From: a virus | Taxonomy: Duplodnaviria > Caudoviricetes | Strand: one strand, 5' to 3' | Length of the DNA stretch: 42,986 nucleotides | IMG/VR virus record: IMGVR_UViG_3300032321_001527 | Coordinates: 1 to 42,986 of that record | In this document: positions 15,387-26,700 of the stretch, one piece after another | Layout of the letters: each line of letters opens with the position of its first letter | Numbering within the stretch: position 1 is the first letter of the stretch | The notes under the pieces: generated by a model | Told to the model about the DNA's origin: nothing | Databases searched by the model: none | The model's input: only the letters and a program-made list of their open reading frames with translations | Made by a program: the position numbers and the translations under genes

Positions 15387-16994
15387 ATGCCGCACATGTT
15401 CCCCCACAAGGTGTTCCGCGTCAACGAAGTCCCCCACAAGGCGGACATGGACGACGCACTCATTCCGCTCGTGGAGAAGGTGGCGACCGGGCTGAACGAG
15501 CACGACCTGTCCGCGGCCGAGCCTGCGGGCGGGGGCAAGCTGTTCCCGTACGCGTCGCTGGAGACCAGCGCGTACTACATCGGGTACGAGAAGAAGTTCT
15601 CGCAGAGCATGAACCTGACCGTGGGCCTGCCGTACGCTACGCCGGGCGTGGCCGGCGTGTCGCGTTCGGCCACCATCGCAGACAGTGGGGAGTGGCAGAC
15701 GCTGCTCGATGACAACTCGGGCGAGGCGCTGGCAAGAACCATCTCGACGGGCGAGGACATCCTCATGGTGTTTGCCATGGTGCAGAGCGCCGGATGGAAG
15801 GGCGCCCTGTACTCGACGCCGTCAGATGCCTCGGAAGACGAGTACCGGTTGCAGTACGCACTGCGCGTGGATGGCACCGTCTATGAAGACACCATCACCG
15901 GCATGGCGATGTTCCCCGAGCCTCCGCCGCAGCAGCTGTATCGTGGGTGCAAGGCCGTCAGCGCCACCTCCGACTTCGACTTCCGACACAAGATGTGGCA
16001 GCACGATGGCATCGGCCTTGCCAACCACCTGCAGCCCGCGCGCATCACGCGCAGCGTGCCCGTGGTGGAGGGCTCGCACACGGTCGAGGTCGTGTGTCGC
16101 CGGCCCTCTCGGGTGGACGGCAAGGCGGACAACTCGGGCTCAGGCTCGTCCATGCAGGCGTTCAACCGCCGGCTGTTCGTGCTGCGCATCAAGGGGTGGT
16201 CGAAGTTCTCGGGCACGGCCTCGCCGACGCTGACCATCGCACCGTGGGAGGAAGGCGAGGTAGTGTCCTCTGCCAGCCTCAACACCGCCCGCCTGGCTGT
16301 CGTCAGGAACGCGCTGAACAATGTCGGCGAGGCCTCCATCCAGCGCGGCGCGCTGCGCAACGAGCATCTGCCTTCGGTGGTCATCGCTTCGGCGGTTAGG
16401 ACGCTCAATCCGGCAACGACGCAGACCACCTGCATTGGCGCCACGGCCAGCACGTACGCTGGGTACGGGGCGACCTCGGGCTGGCAGACCATCGGGGATG
16501 GTGCTGGCAACACGCTGTACGTGGACAACGGCGGCGCGTACTTTACGCTGACGAGCAACCCCGGCATCATGGTCGTGCTGGCCAACGTCCAGGTGCGTTA
16601 CATCGGCGTGGCGTACCAGAATGAGAACAAGGTCGCCGGCAACTTCATCATCCGATACAAGGACTCCACGAACGCGTGGAAGTACATCGCGGAGACCGAG
16701 GTCAGCATCACGCCCCGCAATCAAACCGGGGGGCTGCACGGGCCTGCCACCGATTTTGACGCGGCGCCGTACGGAGCCGGGCAGAACAACACCGAGGACG
16801 ATGTCCCGCTGATGTGGGTGTTCGACACCGCGGTGCTGCTGGCCGGAAACGCCAACGCGTCAACCATCAAGGCCATTGAGGTGGTGTGCGCCACGTACGA
16901 CTGCCATGTTGCTCCGCCTACGTGGTCGGTGCAGATGAACACGCAGAAGGCCAGCCTTACCGCGTTCCAGCTCAAGGGGGTGTCGCTTGTCTGA
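15387..16994 (+). CDS. Virion tail-associated structural protein (535 aa)
   Basis: Position after the tail hub gene; beta-rich with two apparent modules. Confidence 0.6.
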   Translation: MPHMFPHKVFRVNEVPHKADMDDALIPLVEKVATGLNEHDLSAAEPAGGGKLFPYASLETSAYYIGYEKKFSQSMNLTVGLPYATPGVAGVSRSATIADSGEWQTLLDDNSGEALARTISTGEDILMVFAMVQSAGWKGALYSTPSDASEDEYRLQYALRVDGTVYEDTITGMAMFPEPPPQQLYRGCKAVSATSDFDFRHKMWQHDGIGLANHLQPARITRSVPVVEGSHTVEVVCRRPSRVDGKADNSGSGSSMQAFNRRLFVLRIKGWSKFSGTASPTLTIAPWEEGEVVSSASLNTARLAVVRNALNNVGEASIQRGALRNEHLPSVVIASAVRTLNPATTQTTCIGATASTYAGYGATSGWQTIGDGAGNTLYVDNGGAYFTLTSNPGIMVVLANVQVRYIGVAYQNENKVAGNFIIRYKDSTNAWKYIAETEVSITPRNQTGGLHGPATDFDAAPYGAGQNNTEDDVPLMWVFDTAVLLAGNANASTIKAIEVVCATYDCHVAPPTWSVQMNTQKASLTAFQLKGVSLV

Positions 16995-17784
16995 CATCAC
17001 GCTGCCGTACACCCCCGCCGATGGCACCATCTTCGACCCGTTGCAGTTCAGCGACGACCTATACAGCGAGACCGCGGGCATCTCGCTGTACGAGACCAGC
17101 AACGGTCACATCGAGTTCGCCAATATCGCCGCCGGGACAAAGGTGCGTCAGCATCACATCCGCCCATGGCAGGTCGGCGACGCCAAGAGCGACGGCGCCG
17201 TCAAGCCTGTGGACTTCTACCAGGATGCGTACGGGCAGGACACCGCGTTCTACGGCGTGGCCGGGGCAAACCTGACGTTCTACCAGAAGTACGACTGCTC
17301 GCTGGCCGTGTTCTTCGCATCGGTTTTCGCCAACGTCTGGCGTCAGCGCGGTGCAGCCTCTGGACAATCTTGGGACGCAGCTCCGGCCATCTTCGTCAAG
17401 ATGTTCATCGACGGCGTCGAGGTGCCGCAGACACAGCGCATGCTGCCCGAGACCATCTACTACTCCGACATGAACGCAGGCCCTGCTCCGTACAAGTACG
17501 GCAACGGCGCGAACTTCACGTTCGCCCGTGAGCAGCGCCTCACGCGGTACTTGAACCTGCACCACACGAAGCACATTGCCGGCTCCAGCGGCGACAAGAC
17601 CGACCAGCTTCTGGCCGGGTGGCACACGTTCGGCTTGGGCGTCTTTGTCGCCCACAACCCGGGCAGCGAGACTCTCGACCTCGACGGCGGCGCGCTGGCT
17701 CGCACGTACCGGCCCATGACCTTCGATGCGATGCATCGCGTACGTTTGTCCGTCCGTCATGCGGACGTTATCCGTCTTCTGTAG
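16987..17784 (+). CDS. Virion tail-associated structural protein (265 aa)
   Basis: TTG start overlapping the upstream gene with AAGGGGG RBS; organisation resembles the modules of the preceding protein. Confidence 0.6.
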   Translation: MSDITLPYTPADGTIFDPLQFSDDLYSETAGISLYETSNGHIEFANIAAGTKVRQHHIRPWQVGDAKSDGAVKPVDFYQDAYGQDTAFYGVAGANLTFYQKYDCSLAVFFASVFANVWRQRGAASGQSWDAAPAIFVKMFIDGVEVPQTQRMLPETIYYSDMNAGPAPYKYGNGANFTFAREQRLTRYLNLHHTKHIAGSSGDKTDQLLAGWHTFGLGVFVAHNPGSETLDLDGGALARTYRPMTFDAMHRVRLSVRHADVIRLL

Positions 17785-17793
17785 GAGCTGTCG

Positions 17794-18369
17794 ATGTCGA
17801 TGATCCCCTATGCAGACCTGATAGGTGCCGGCGTCAATGCCGGCGTCTCCGCTATCGGGCAGCTTGGCTATGCGAACACGCAGCAGCGCAAGATGATGAA
17901 GGCGGATGTCCAGCGCATGCAGCGGGGCGACCTCGGGTACTCCGAGGCCCAGCGCAACCAGCTGCTCGCCGGACAGAACCGCGTCGGACAGGCGCAGATG
18001 GCCGACCAGATGGCGCAGATGCAGCGCTATCAGGCGTCGCAGCCCGGTGGGCGTGCGGGTGGCTACGACACGCAGCGCGGACAGCTTCTGGCCGGTCGTC
18101 AGGCTGCGACGGCGCAGTACAACACCGGCGTCGAGCAGGCCTCCAGCCAGATGGCCGGACAGCAGCGCGCGGAAATCATGAGCCGTCTGGCTGCTCAGGG
18201 ACAGAAGTTCACCGAGGCCGCGCAGCGACAGGGCGACATCGCGCAGTCGGGCATCTCCGGCAAGTCGGTGGGCGGCGGGGGCGGCGAGGGCGGCGGCGGG
18301 AGCGGGTACTCCGACGTTCTGAACAAGTTCAACGCCAACACGGGCTCTGCCCCGACCGGGATGAAATAG
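17794..18369 (+). CDS. Small ejection/pilot (internal virion) protein
   Basis: Gly/Ala hydrophobic N-terminus (LIGAGVNAGVSAIG) and Gln/Ala-rich helix, like P22 gp7 / T7 gp14; AGGAG RBS. Confidence 0.65.
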   Translation: MSMIPYADLIGAGVNAGVSAIGQLGYANTQQRKMMKADVQRMQRGDLGYSEAQRNQLLAGQNRVGQAQMADQMAQMQRYQASQPGGRAGGYDTQRGQLLAGRQAATAQYNTGVEQASSQMAGQQRAEIMSRLAAQGQKFTEAAQRQGDIAQSGISGKSVGGGGGEGGGGSGYSDVLNKFNANTGSAPTGMK

Positions 18370-18371
18370 CC

Positions 18372-20690
18372 ATGGCACGAGGTTTTGCAGAAGCCCGCTC
18401 CACGACGTCGGACTACTCCATCTACCCGTCGCTGTTCAGCGCGTTGGCGAGCATCGAGGCCGCCAAAGCGAACATCGTCAACACCGCCGTCAAGGAGCAG
18501 GGCTCTACGACGCGCGCGGCGCTTAAAGGCATGGTGGACTTTGACCGGGCCATCAACACGGGCACGGGTGCGCAGTGGATGCGGTCGCTGGTAGACCTGA
18601 CCACGGCCCCGCTGGAGAAAGAGCCCGCCGATCCACAACTGATGACGCGCGTTAACATGGTGCTGCTGGCACATCCAGGTAAGCCGGCAACCGACCCGGA
18701 CATCGCGCATCTGATCTGGGAAGAGGTTGGCCGGTATTTCAGCCCCTCCGGCCAACAGGCATACGGAAACGTGCAGCAGCTCAAGCAGCTGACCGGCATG
18801 TACGACGACGAGCAAATCAAGCAGTACCTGCAGACCAACGCGACAGAAGGCTACCCGGTAGGTCGCGTCATCGACATGCTCAATCAGGCCAAGCTGCAGG
18901 GCGAGGTTGTGGACATCCAGCGCTCCGCGCAGGCAGAACTGCTGCCCGATCTGGAGGTATTCCTTCGCCAAAATCCCAATCTCAATGCCCCCGAGGCGCA
19001 GGCAGCCGCAGAGGAATGGAAGAAGGCGCACACGAGCCAGCTGAACGCGCTGCAGTCCCGACTCAGCCCACAGGTTCTGCAATCCGCCGCCTCTCAGCTG
19101 AACAAGCCCATCGAACTGACGGGCGCGTCAAAAGAGGCGTACGACAAGCTGGAAGCCGACCGGCAGGCCATGCTGGCGAAGACGGAGACTCCGTCCGAGC
19201 GCGACCAGGCCGCGCAGCTCATCGCCAGTCCGATGTTCCAAGAGTGGGCGAAGTCGAACGGCCTGAGCGTCGGGCACATCGAGCAGCCCGACCCCACCAA
19301 GACCTACGCCGAGGGGCAGGTCACCAAGGGCGTGGGCATCTACGTCCCCGGCCCGGACGACGTTCGCGCCGTGGCGCTGGCGAAGAAGCAGGCCGTGATG
19401 AGCCCCGACAAGGCGCACCCGTTCATGATGAAGGCCCCCGCGCAGTGGGGCAGCATCAACGTGTCCACGACCTCTCCGAACGCCGCGCCCGCCCCCGCTC
19501 CTGCCGCTGCGCCCAGCACCGAGGACTTCGAAGGCGCGGGCGGTTTCAAGTACCGGCGCATCGGCGACAAGGTCATGCTCATCGGCGGGCCGGGCAGCGC
19601 TGCCACGCCCGATGCGCCCATCGAACTGAAGCCCGAAACGCAGGTCAAGGCCTACTCCGAGCTGGTGGCCGCCCGCCTGCGCGCCAATCCGGCGTTCAAA
19701 GATGCTGCCGAGGAAGACATCCAGGCCGCAGCTGCGGATTCCGCCGGCACTGAGCTGAAGGCCAAGGCCGCTCTGGCGCGGGCTCCTGCCGCGCCGGGCA
19801 AGGCGCGCACGGAGAAGGTGTACGGGCGCATCACGCCGATGTGGGCCGGCGACCCCATCGACAGCAAGCGGGTCAACGGCCAGCTTTACCTGTACGACAA
19901 GGCCTCCGACTCGTACTCGCGGGCTCCGGGCCAGGGCGAGCTGAACGCTCCCGCGGACATCACGCGTGAGCGCGTGCGGCCGTTTGCGCAGGCCGTCGAG
20001 GAGTACCGCAACCGCCGTGCGGCGAACATCGCGCGCCGGGCCGAAGACCTGGACGCCTCGCAGAAGTACCCCTTCCGCACGGCCGGGCTGAACATCGCGC
20101 AGACGCTGACGCCCACGAAGCAGACCGCGGCGGAGAAGGCCCGCGCCGACGAGTACGCCTACGCCATGGAGCAATCGCGCCGCCGGCAGGAGACTGCGGT
20201 GGACGAGAGCATGCCGCAGGCGCCGGATTATGTGCCGCCGTCCGCGGTGCTGGCCAAGCCCGCTGCGGCGCCGCCCACCCCGATTGTCGGGTACGAGCGG
20301 AACGCCAATCCCCCGCCTCCGGCGCCGCCCCCTCCGCCGCCTCCCCTCGACCAGCGCCTGCTGGCGAAGCGGCGCATGTACCCAGACACGGAGGGCGACG
20401 CGCAGTTGCGCGGCGAGGAGAAGAAGTTTGCTGCCAAGGCTGCGACGCTGGAGCCCACTGCTGCGGACATCTCGCTGCGTAAGGAGCTGGCACAGCCGGA
20501 TGTGGCGGACAAGGCGCTGGCAGCATCGCGCGCCAAGGCGCAGTCCGACTACGAGAGCGTGCTGAACGAGCCGGCGGCCGCCACGAAGAAGCTGCCATCG
20601 GCGTCTTCGCAGCGAGCCGCGGTACTGTCCTCGAGTGCCAAGAAAGAAGACCTGACCGTACCTACGGTCTCGACCGCGCCCGCAAGGTAG
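18372..20690 (+). CDS. Middle ejection/internal virion protein (772 aa)
   Basis: ATG 2 nt after the previous stop; helical, Ala/Pro-rich; second of three genes of increasing size. Confidence 0.6.
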   Translation: MARGFAEARSTTSDYSIYPSLFSALASIEAAKANIVNTAVKEQGSTTRAALKGMVDFDRAINTGTGAQWMRSLVDLTTAPLEKEPADPQLMTRVNMVLLAHPGKPATDPDIAHLIWEEVGRYFSPSGQQAYGNVQQLKQLTGMYDDEQIKQYLQTNATEGYPVGRVIDMLNQAKLQGEVVDIQRSAQAELLPDLEVFLRQNPNLNAPEAQAAAEEWKKAHTSQLNALQSRLSPQVLQSAASQLNKPIELTGASKEAYDKLEADRQAMLAKTETPSERDQAAQLIASPMFQEWAKSNGLSVGHIEQPDPTKTYAEGQVTKGVGIYVPGPDDVRAVALAKKQAVMSPDKAHPFMMKAPAQWGSINVSTTSPNAAPAPAPAAAPSTEDFEGAGGFKYRRIGDKVMLIGGPGSAATPDAPIELKPETQVKAYSELVAARLRANPAFKDAAEEDIQAAAADSAGTELKAKAALARAPAAPGKARTEKVYGRITPMWAGDPIDSKRVNGQLYLYDKASDSYSRAPGQGELNAPADITRERVRPFAQAVEEYRNRRAANIARRAEDLDASQKYPFRTAGLNIAQTLTPTKQTAAEKARADEYAYAMEQSRRRQETAVDESMPQAPDYVPPSAVLAKPAAAPPTPIVGYERNANPPPPAPPPPPPPLDQRLLAKRRMYPDTEGDAQLRGEEKKFAAKAATLEPTAADISLRKELAQPDVADKALAASRAKAQSDYESVLNEPAAATKKLPSASSQRAAVLSSSAKKEDLTVPTVSTAPAR

Positions 20691-20723
20691 CCGCATCGGA
20701 CGGCGCGTAGTAGACTTTTGGGC

Positions 20724-23700
20724 ATGTCGCCCGAAGAAGCACTCGCCGCCCGTCTTGCCGCCAAAGCCGCAACCGCCGCCAAGGCGACCTCGACTCCGGA
20801 GCCGAGCACGCCGCTGACGGCCGAGCAGCTTCTCGAAAAGAAGATGGCCGAGCGCGCCGCCGCGCCGAAGCCCGCGCCCGTTCCGAAGCCCGCGCCTGCG
20901 CCAAAGCCGCCCCCGGCCGTGATGGCGCCGAAGCCTCCCCCGGCCCCCATCGTCGCCGCTCCGCCGCCCATGCCGAAGCCCGCGCCGGCCCCGGTCGTAG
21001 TTACTCCCGCTCCCGCGCCGACCATCGCCCCCGAGGTCTGGCAGAAGATGTCTCTGGCCGAGCGCCAGGCCGCGGGCGCCGCCCGTAAGGCGCAGATGCC
21101 CGCACCTCCTGCGCCGAGCACCGAGCCGGTGCAGTTCCCCGTCAGCCGCACCGAAGCGTACAACATGCCCGCGGGCACGAGCTTCGGTCAGGCCGTCAAA
21201 GGCCTGGAGGCCGAGCGCATTGATGAGGCCGCGCGGGCCGCCGAAGCCGCAAAGCCCGAGCTGAAGTCGTACACGGAGAACCTCGACTACCGCGCCCCGA
21301 CGCTGACGCCCGAGTACCGTCCCGGCTACAGCTCCATGAGCGAGCGGGAGAAGGCCGCCGAGAAGATTCCCGGCGCGACCATGGCCGATTTGCAGCGTGC
21401 GCAGAAGCGCGTGGAAACGGCGCGCAGCATCGGCAACGTCGGCCTTACGTCCATGCTGGAACTGGCTGCGGCCGAGGAAGACCTGCGGCACATCACCGCG
21501 CTCCGCGAGACCGGCTTCGACCCGCAGGAATCGACGCTGGGCCGCGACATCGCGTCGTTCGTAACGTCGAATCTTTACATCCCCGACGACGCGCTCAAGA
21601 AGCGGCTTGCCGCCGACACCGCCGCGCAGCAGGAGCGCGAGGCCGCCGCCCGCGCGGCCATCAACAAGGAAGAGGCGCAGCGCCTCGACGTCCTCAACCG
21701 CACGCTGGTCAGCGCGTTCCCCGAGAGCGTGGCGTTGCAGCGCCAGGCGAAGTCGAACATCCGCGACATGGCGGAGCGCAACCAGCATCTCGATGAGGGC
21801 AAGGCCAACGCCGCGTTCATCAAAGAAGCCTCCGAGTGGCTCATGGTGAACAAGGGGTGGGACACGCTGCCCACGTACGTGCAGGGGCCGCAGGGGGCCA
21901 TGCGCGACGCTGCGGGGAATCAGATCAACCCTCGGGCCGAGAAGGAAATCGAGGCCCGCAAGGAGGCCGTGAAGTGGCTGGCCTCGCTGCGCGCCGAGGG
22001 CCCGGGGTACTGGCCGTTCCCGGTCTACGACAGCGACTACATCCCCCGCGACCAGCTGACCACCGGCGACTACCTCTCTGCGTTCTTCCTGCCCAAGAAG
22101 GAGGTGACCCCGTCCGGCAAGTCCGTGCGCGTCACCAACCCCGTCGAGCATGTGCTTGGCATGCTGGGCGTCGTCGGCTCGGCCGCAGCGGAGTGGGAGC
22201 GCTCGGCGCTCGGCGGTGATGCCGACATGTTCCGGGCGCTGCACAACAAGTCGATGGCGTTCGACCGCGTCGTGCTCGATGCCGAGAATCTGCCGAAGTA
22301 CAAGGAGATGATCGAAGGCGCGAACATCCACTCCGCCGTGGGTCTCTCCAACCTGGAGGGCGTCGTTGCCGTCACCGGCGTAGCACTGGTCGGGGACATG
22401 CTGCTCGACCTGCCGACGCTGGGTGGCGCGGTGTACCACGGGTTCGCCGAACTCGGCACGGTGGCGCGCGCCAGCCGCGCCATGACGCAGGCCGCCAAGG
22501 AAGGCAAGGCCGCCGAAGAGGTTCTCCGCATCGGCGAGAAGGTCACGAACGCGGACGCCGCGAAGCTCGCGGAGCGCCTGCGCAAGAGCGCTACGACGTC
22601 GAAGACGATGGACGCCAAGAACGCGCTGCTCGATGCCGCGCAAGAGCTGGAGCGTCGGTCAAAGGTCTCGCGGCTCAACGCCACCCCCGAAGAGCTGGCC
22701 GACGTCGCGCGCATGCGGCGTGACGGCTACCTGCAGGAAGAGCCGGGCGCTCGCGCCGTCAATCAGTCGTTCCTGTCCAAGGCCGACGCATCGAAGCGTA
22801 CGATTCACCCCGACGACGCGACCGCTGCTCTGTCGACCGTGGAGGACGAACTCCGAGCGCAGCAGGACGTTCTGGCGAAGCACGACGAAGACATCAAGGC
22901 CGTCCGCGAGAAGTACAAAGCACAGGACGCCGCCATCAAGAAAGACCTCGCGGAAGGGCGCAGTACCCCCGAAGAGGCGCGGTCGCTGACCAACGCGGTG
23001 AAGACCAACAGGGATGCAGAGCTGGAGCCGATGCTGAAAGCGCGCCGGGACACGGCGGCCCTTGTTTCCCAGCTCACGCTGGCCACGGACTACGTGTCCA
23101 CCGGCAAGTACGCAGATGCGTATGCCAATGCCACGGCAGAGGCCGAGCGCACGGTGGAAGCCGAGAAGGCCAGCTCGATGCCCGTGCCTTCGGTTCCGTA
23201 CTCGCAGGTGTTCCCGTCCGCTCCTGCCCCGGCTGCTGTGCCTCGGCCGGATGAGGCGGAGATTGTCCGCGTGTTCGGCGAGGACGTCGCCACCGGTGCG
23301 CAGATGGAGCGCATCGTCACGGCGAAGTCCTTCCGCGAAGCGTTGAAAGCCGCTCAGGTGCAAGGCAAGAACACCGCGGCAGTCGAGAAGCTGTCCACGG
23401 ACATCCTGACGCACATGGAAGCGTCGAACCCTGAGCTGCGCCAGGTCATCGCGGACATGCGGGCGCGCTTCCAGAATCGCGCCACGCCCATCAGCAGCAC
23501 CGAACTGCTGTATCGGTTGTCCGCGCAGAAGGAGCTGGACTTCCTCGGCGCGCGCTACACCGAGGCCATGAACCGCGCGCAGGCCCGCGTCGATGCGGCG
23601 CGCGCGGAGCTGGAGCGCCTGCGCAGCATGGAGGAGATGGCCGCGTCCCCGAAGACGAAGCTGTTCGCCAAGGAGAAGGCCGAGCTGAAAGCCGCCGAGG

Positions 23701-26700
23701 ACGAACTGGCGCAGGTTCGCGCGGGCATGGCCCCCGAAGCCCCGCCCCCGACTCCTGAGGTCGCGCCCACGCCCGAGGTCGCGCCCGCGCCCGAGGCCGC
23801 CCCGGTCAAGCCCACGACGACCACCGACAAAATCACCGAGGCCGCGGAGAACGGAGACCTCACGCCCGAGCAAGTTCCCGTAGCGGACTCGCTGAACGCC
23901 GCGTTGGAGACCGTGCAGCGCGAGCAGCGCTTCAACCTCGACAGCCTGTGGTTTGCCGCATCCGGCGAGCCGTTCTCGCTCCCGAGTGCGACCTGGACGC
24001 CGAGCCCCACTCTCGGCGCCAAGCAGCAGGCGCACCTGCTGTTCAACGCAGGTGGTCGAGAGTACGGCACCGAAAAAGGCCGCGCGCTCGGAAAGTACCT
24101 TGTCGGCCCCGAAACCGACGACTTTGCCAAGCAGTTCAACCTGCCACGGCCGGAGCAGATGTCGGACGCCAAGGCCTTCACGCTGATGGTGTCTGTAGAT
24201 GGCGGGGAGTCGCAGAAGTACACCGCCGCGCTTGCAAAAAAGCTGAACAAGGACAATGCCAGCGGGGTGCCGCACTCGGTCAAGGTGATTGAGTTCACGC
24301 CGACCGCACCGCTCGACTTGCCGCGCGTGGGTGGAAACACGCCCGTTGCCAACACGGTCAACAACTACCTGCGCTCGCTGCTCCCCTTCTCCGACCCCGC
24401 TGCGAAGGCCGGCGAGGAGAAGCTCGTCCGCCTCAACGACCTCGTGCTGGTCAACAACCCCGAGGCCGCGCAGGCCCTCGGTGCGTATCGTCCGCCGAAC
24501 GGAGAACCGATTGCGGTAGACCGGTTCGTCGGGCGCGTGGAAGGGTTCAAGGACGGTCAGGCCATCATCCGCCCGTACGACTTCGCGCCGAACAGTCGCA
24601 ACCTGATTCTGCAGTCGCGGTTTGAGCCGGTCGCCATCGCTCCCGAGCAGCTCGACTACATGGAGCGCGGGCGCGTCTGGCGCAAGCCAAACGACCTGTC
24701 GAGCACCAACACCCAGCGTCCCATGACCCACGCCGAGTGGGCCGCGCTGCGGGCGCAGGAAGACGCCATGCCGGAGGCGCGCACGCTGTCGTACCGGCCG
24801 CAGGTCGCCGGAGCGATGGTCAAGCTCGACCCCCCGCTGCCGACGACGGCCGAGCACTACTACTTCAAGCCCAGCGACCTGAGCGATGCCGCTGCCAAGG
24901 CAGAGGCGGAAGCGTCCCTGCGCCGTTCGTACAGCGGTTTGGCCACGCCGCTGCCGGAAGAGGTCGGGCTTCCTCCCGAGGCGCTCAAGGCCGCCGAGGC
25001 CGCCGAGGCCGCGCCCGCTCCTGCCGCGCCAAAGTACACGCAGGCTGACCTCGACAACGCCGAGGCTCGCGCGGCCACGGCGCGCAACGAGCTGGAGAAG
25101 GCTCGCCGCGCACGCACCGCCGCCACCGCTGCCCAGAAGAAGGGCACCCTCGGCACGCGCATCACCGAAGCGGAACGGGCCCTCTCCGAAGCCGAAGCCG
25201 CGTACGACGGCGTGTCCGCCACGCGCTCCGCGCTCACGGATGTGCAGAGCGGTGTCGAGGCCGCGCTCGGCGAGGCGCAGGCCGCGCGCCAGCCGCTGAC
25301 CGAAGAGGTCAAGGCCCACGAGGAGAGCATCAAGGCCCGCGAGGCCTACCGGCGCAAGCCGCCCCCGGAGCGCGTCAACCCCGTCACCCCGGCCCGCGCT
25401 CGCTTTGAAAAGCAGGCCCGCGATGTGTCCGCCCGCCTGGGCGAAGACCCGCGCCGGGTGGATGCCCGCCTCCGCATGCACGAGGTGCTGGCCGACCATC
25501 TGAATCAGACCGCGCCGGAAGAGTTCCCGACGACGGACGCGTACTACGCGCGCGTCACGCAGGAGATGCAGAACGCCCCGGCCGTGTACGATGGCACGAA
25601 CACGCTGATCACGTTCTTGCACTCTGCAAACTCGGGCGACCTTGTCAAAGCCCCCGCGGAGTTCCTCCGCACCATCCTCCCTCCGGCCACGCAGAAGGAG
25701 GTCGAGGACGCCCTCGGCGTGGTGGACGGGCAGTGGACGCGCACGCAGTCCGAGGCCTTCGCCAAGCAGTTCACGGCGTTCCTTGCCAACAGCCGCCAGA
25801 CCGGCAAGGCCAGCCTGGACGAGGCCTACAAGGACATCAGCGAGTCGCTCCGCGTGCTGTACGAGAACGGCGCGGTGGACAACGTCGACCCGAAGCTGCA
25901 GGCCGTGTTCGACCAGCTGACGGCGAACACCGAGAAGTCGAAGTCGGTCATGCTCGGCGGCTACGGCGGCCGGGAGAGCCTGCAGCGGCAGGTGGAAGTC
26001 CTGCGCCAGTACAAGCAGAAGGCGACCGGCGGCTACGTCCAGCAGATGAAGACGTTCGTCAACAGCGTCCGCGACCTGCTGTTCGCCAGCAACCGCGACC
26101 GGGCCATGCGCTCGCTGCTGCCGGAAGCCCGGCGCATCGTGGAAGGCGTCGATGGCGAGATGTCTCTGGTCAACAAAGCGCTGGCCAGTGCGCTCAACAA
26201 GGGCGAGAACCCCATCGCCACCATCCTCGACAACCCCGCCGACCCCGTCCTCTGGACGTACGCGCAGGACTCGCTGAAGAACGGCTCGCTGGAGGAGCAG
26301 CAGCGTGCCGTCGCCCAATCGTACATCACCATCAAGAAGGGCGAAGCCTCGCTGACAGAAGACCAGATGAAACATCTTCTGGGCGTCATCCGCGGCGGTG
26401 CCGGGAAGACCGCGCAGCAGGTGGCGGACGACCTGTACGCAGAGTCGCGCGTCCTGCCGGGTGCGAAGGTGCGCGACCGGCTTGAGGGCGATGCGCTGTT
26501 CACGCAGAGCGCCGCGCTGCTGGGCGCGGAGCAGTCCGGCGTCCTGCAGGGCATCGGCATCGGCGCTACGATCAGCGCGGATTCCGCAGCGAAGGCCGCG
26601 GAGTACGCGGCGGACGGCGTGCTGTCCGACGAGGGCCTGCAGATTGTGATGAACGCCATCGACAATCCGCTCAACTACGTGCCCGAGCTGAAAATCGGGG

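Noticed and set aside
17619-18371. Upstream extension making the middle ejection protein 1023 aa
   Set aside because: Overlaps two better-supported genes; ATG 18372 directly follows the preceding stop.
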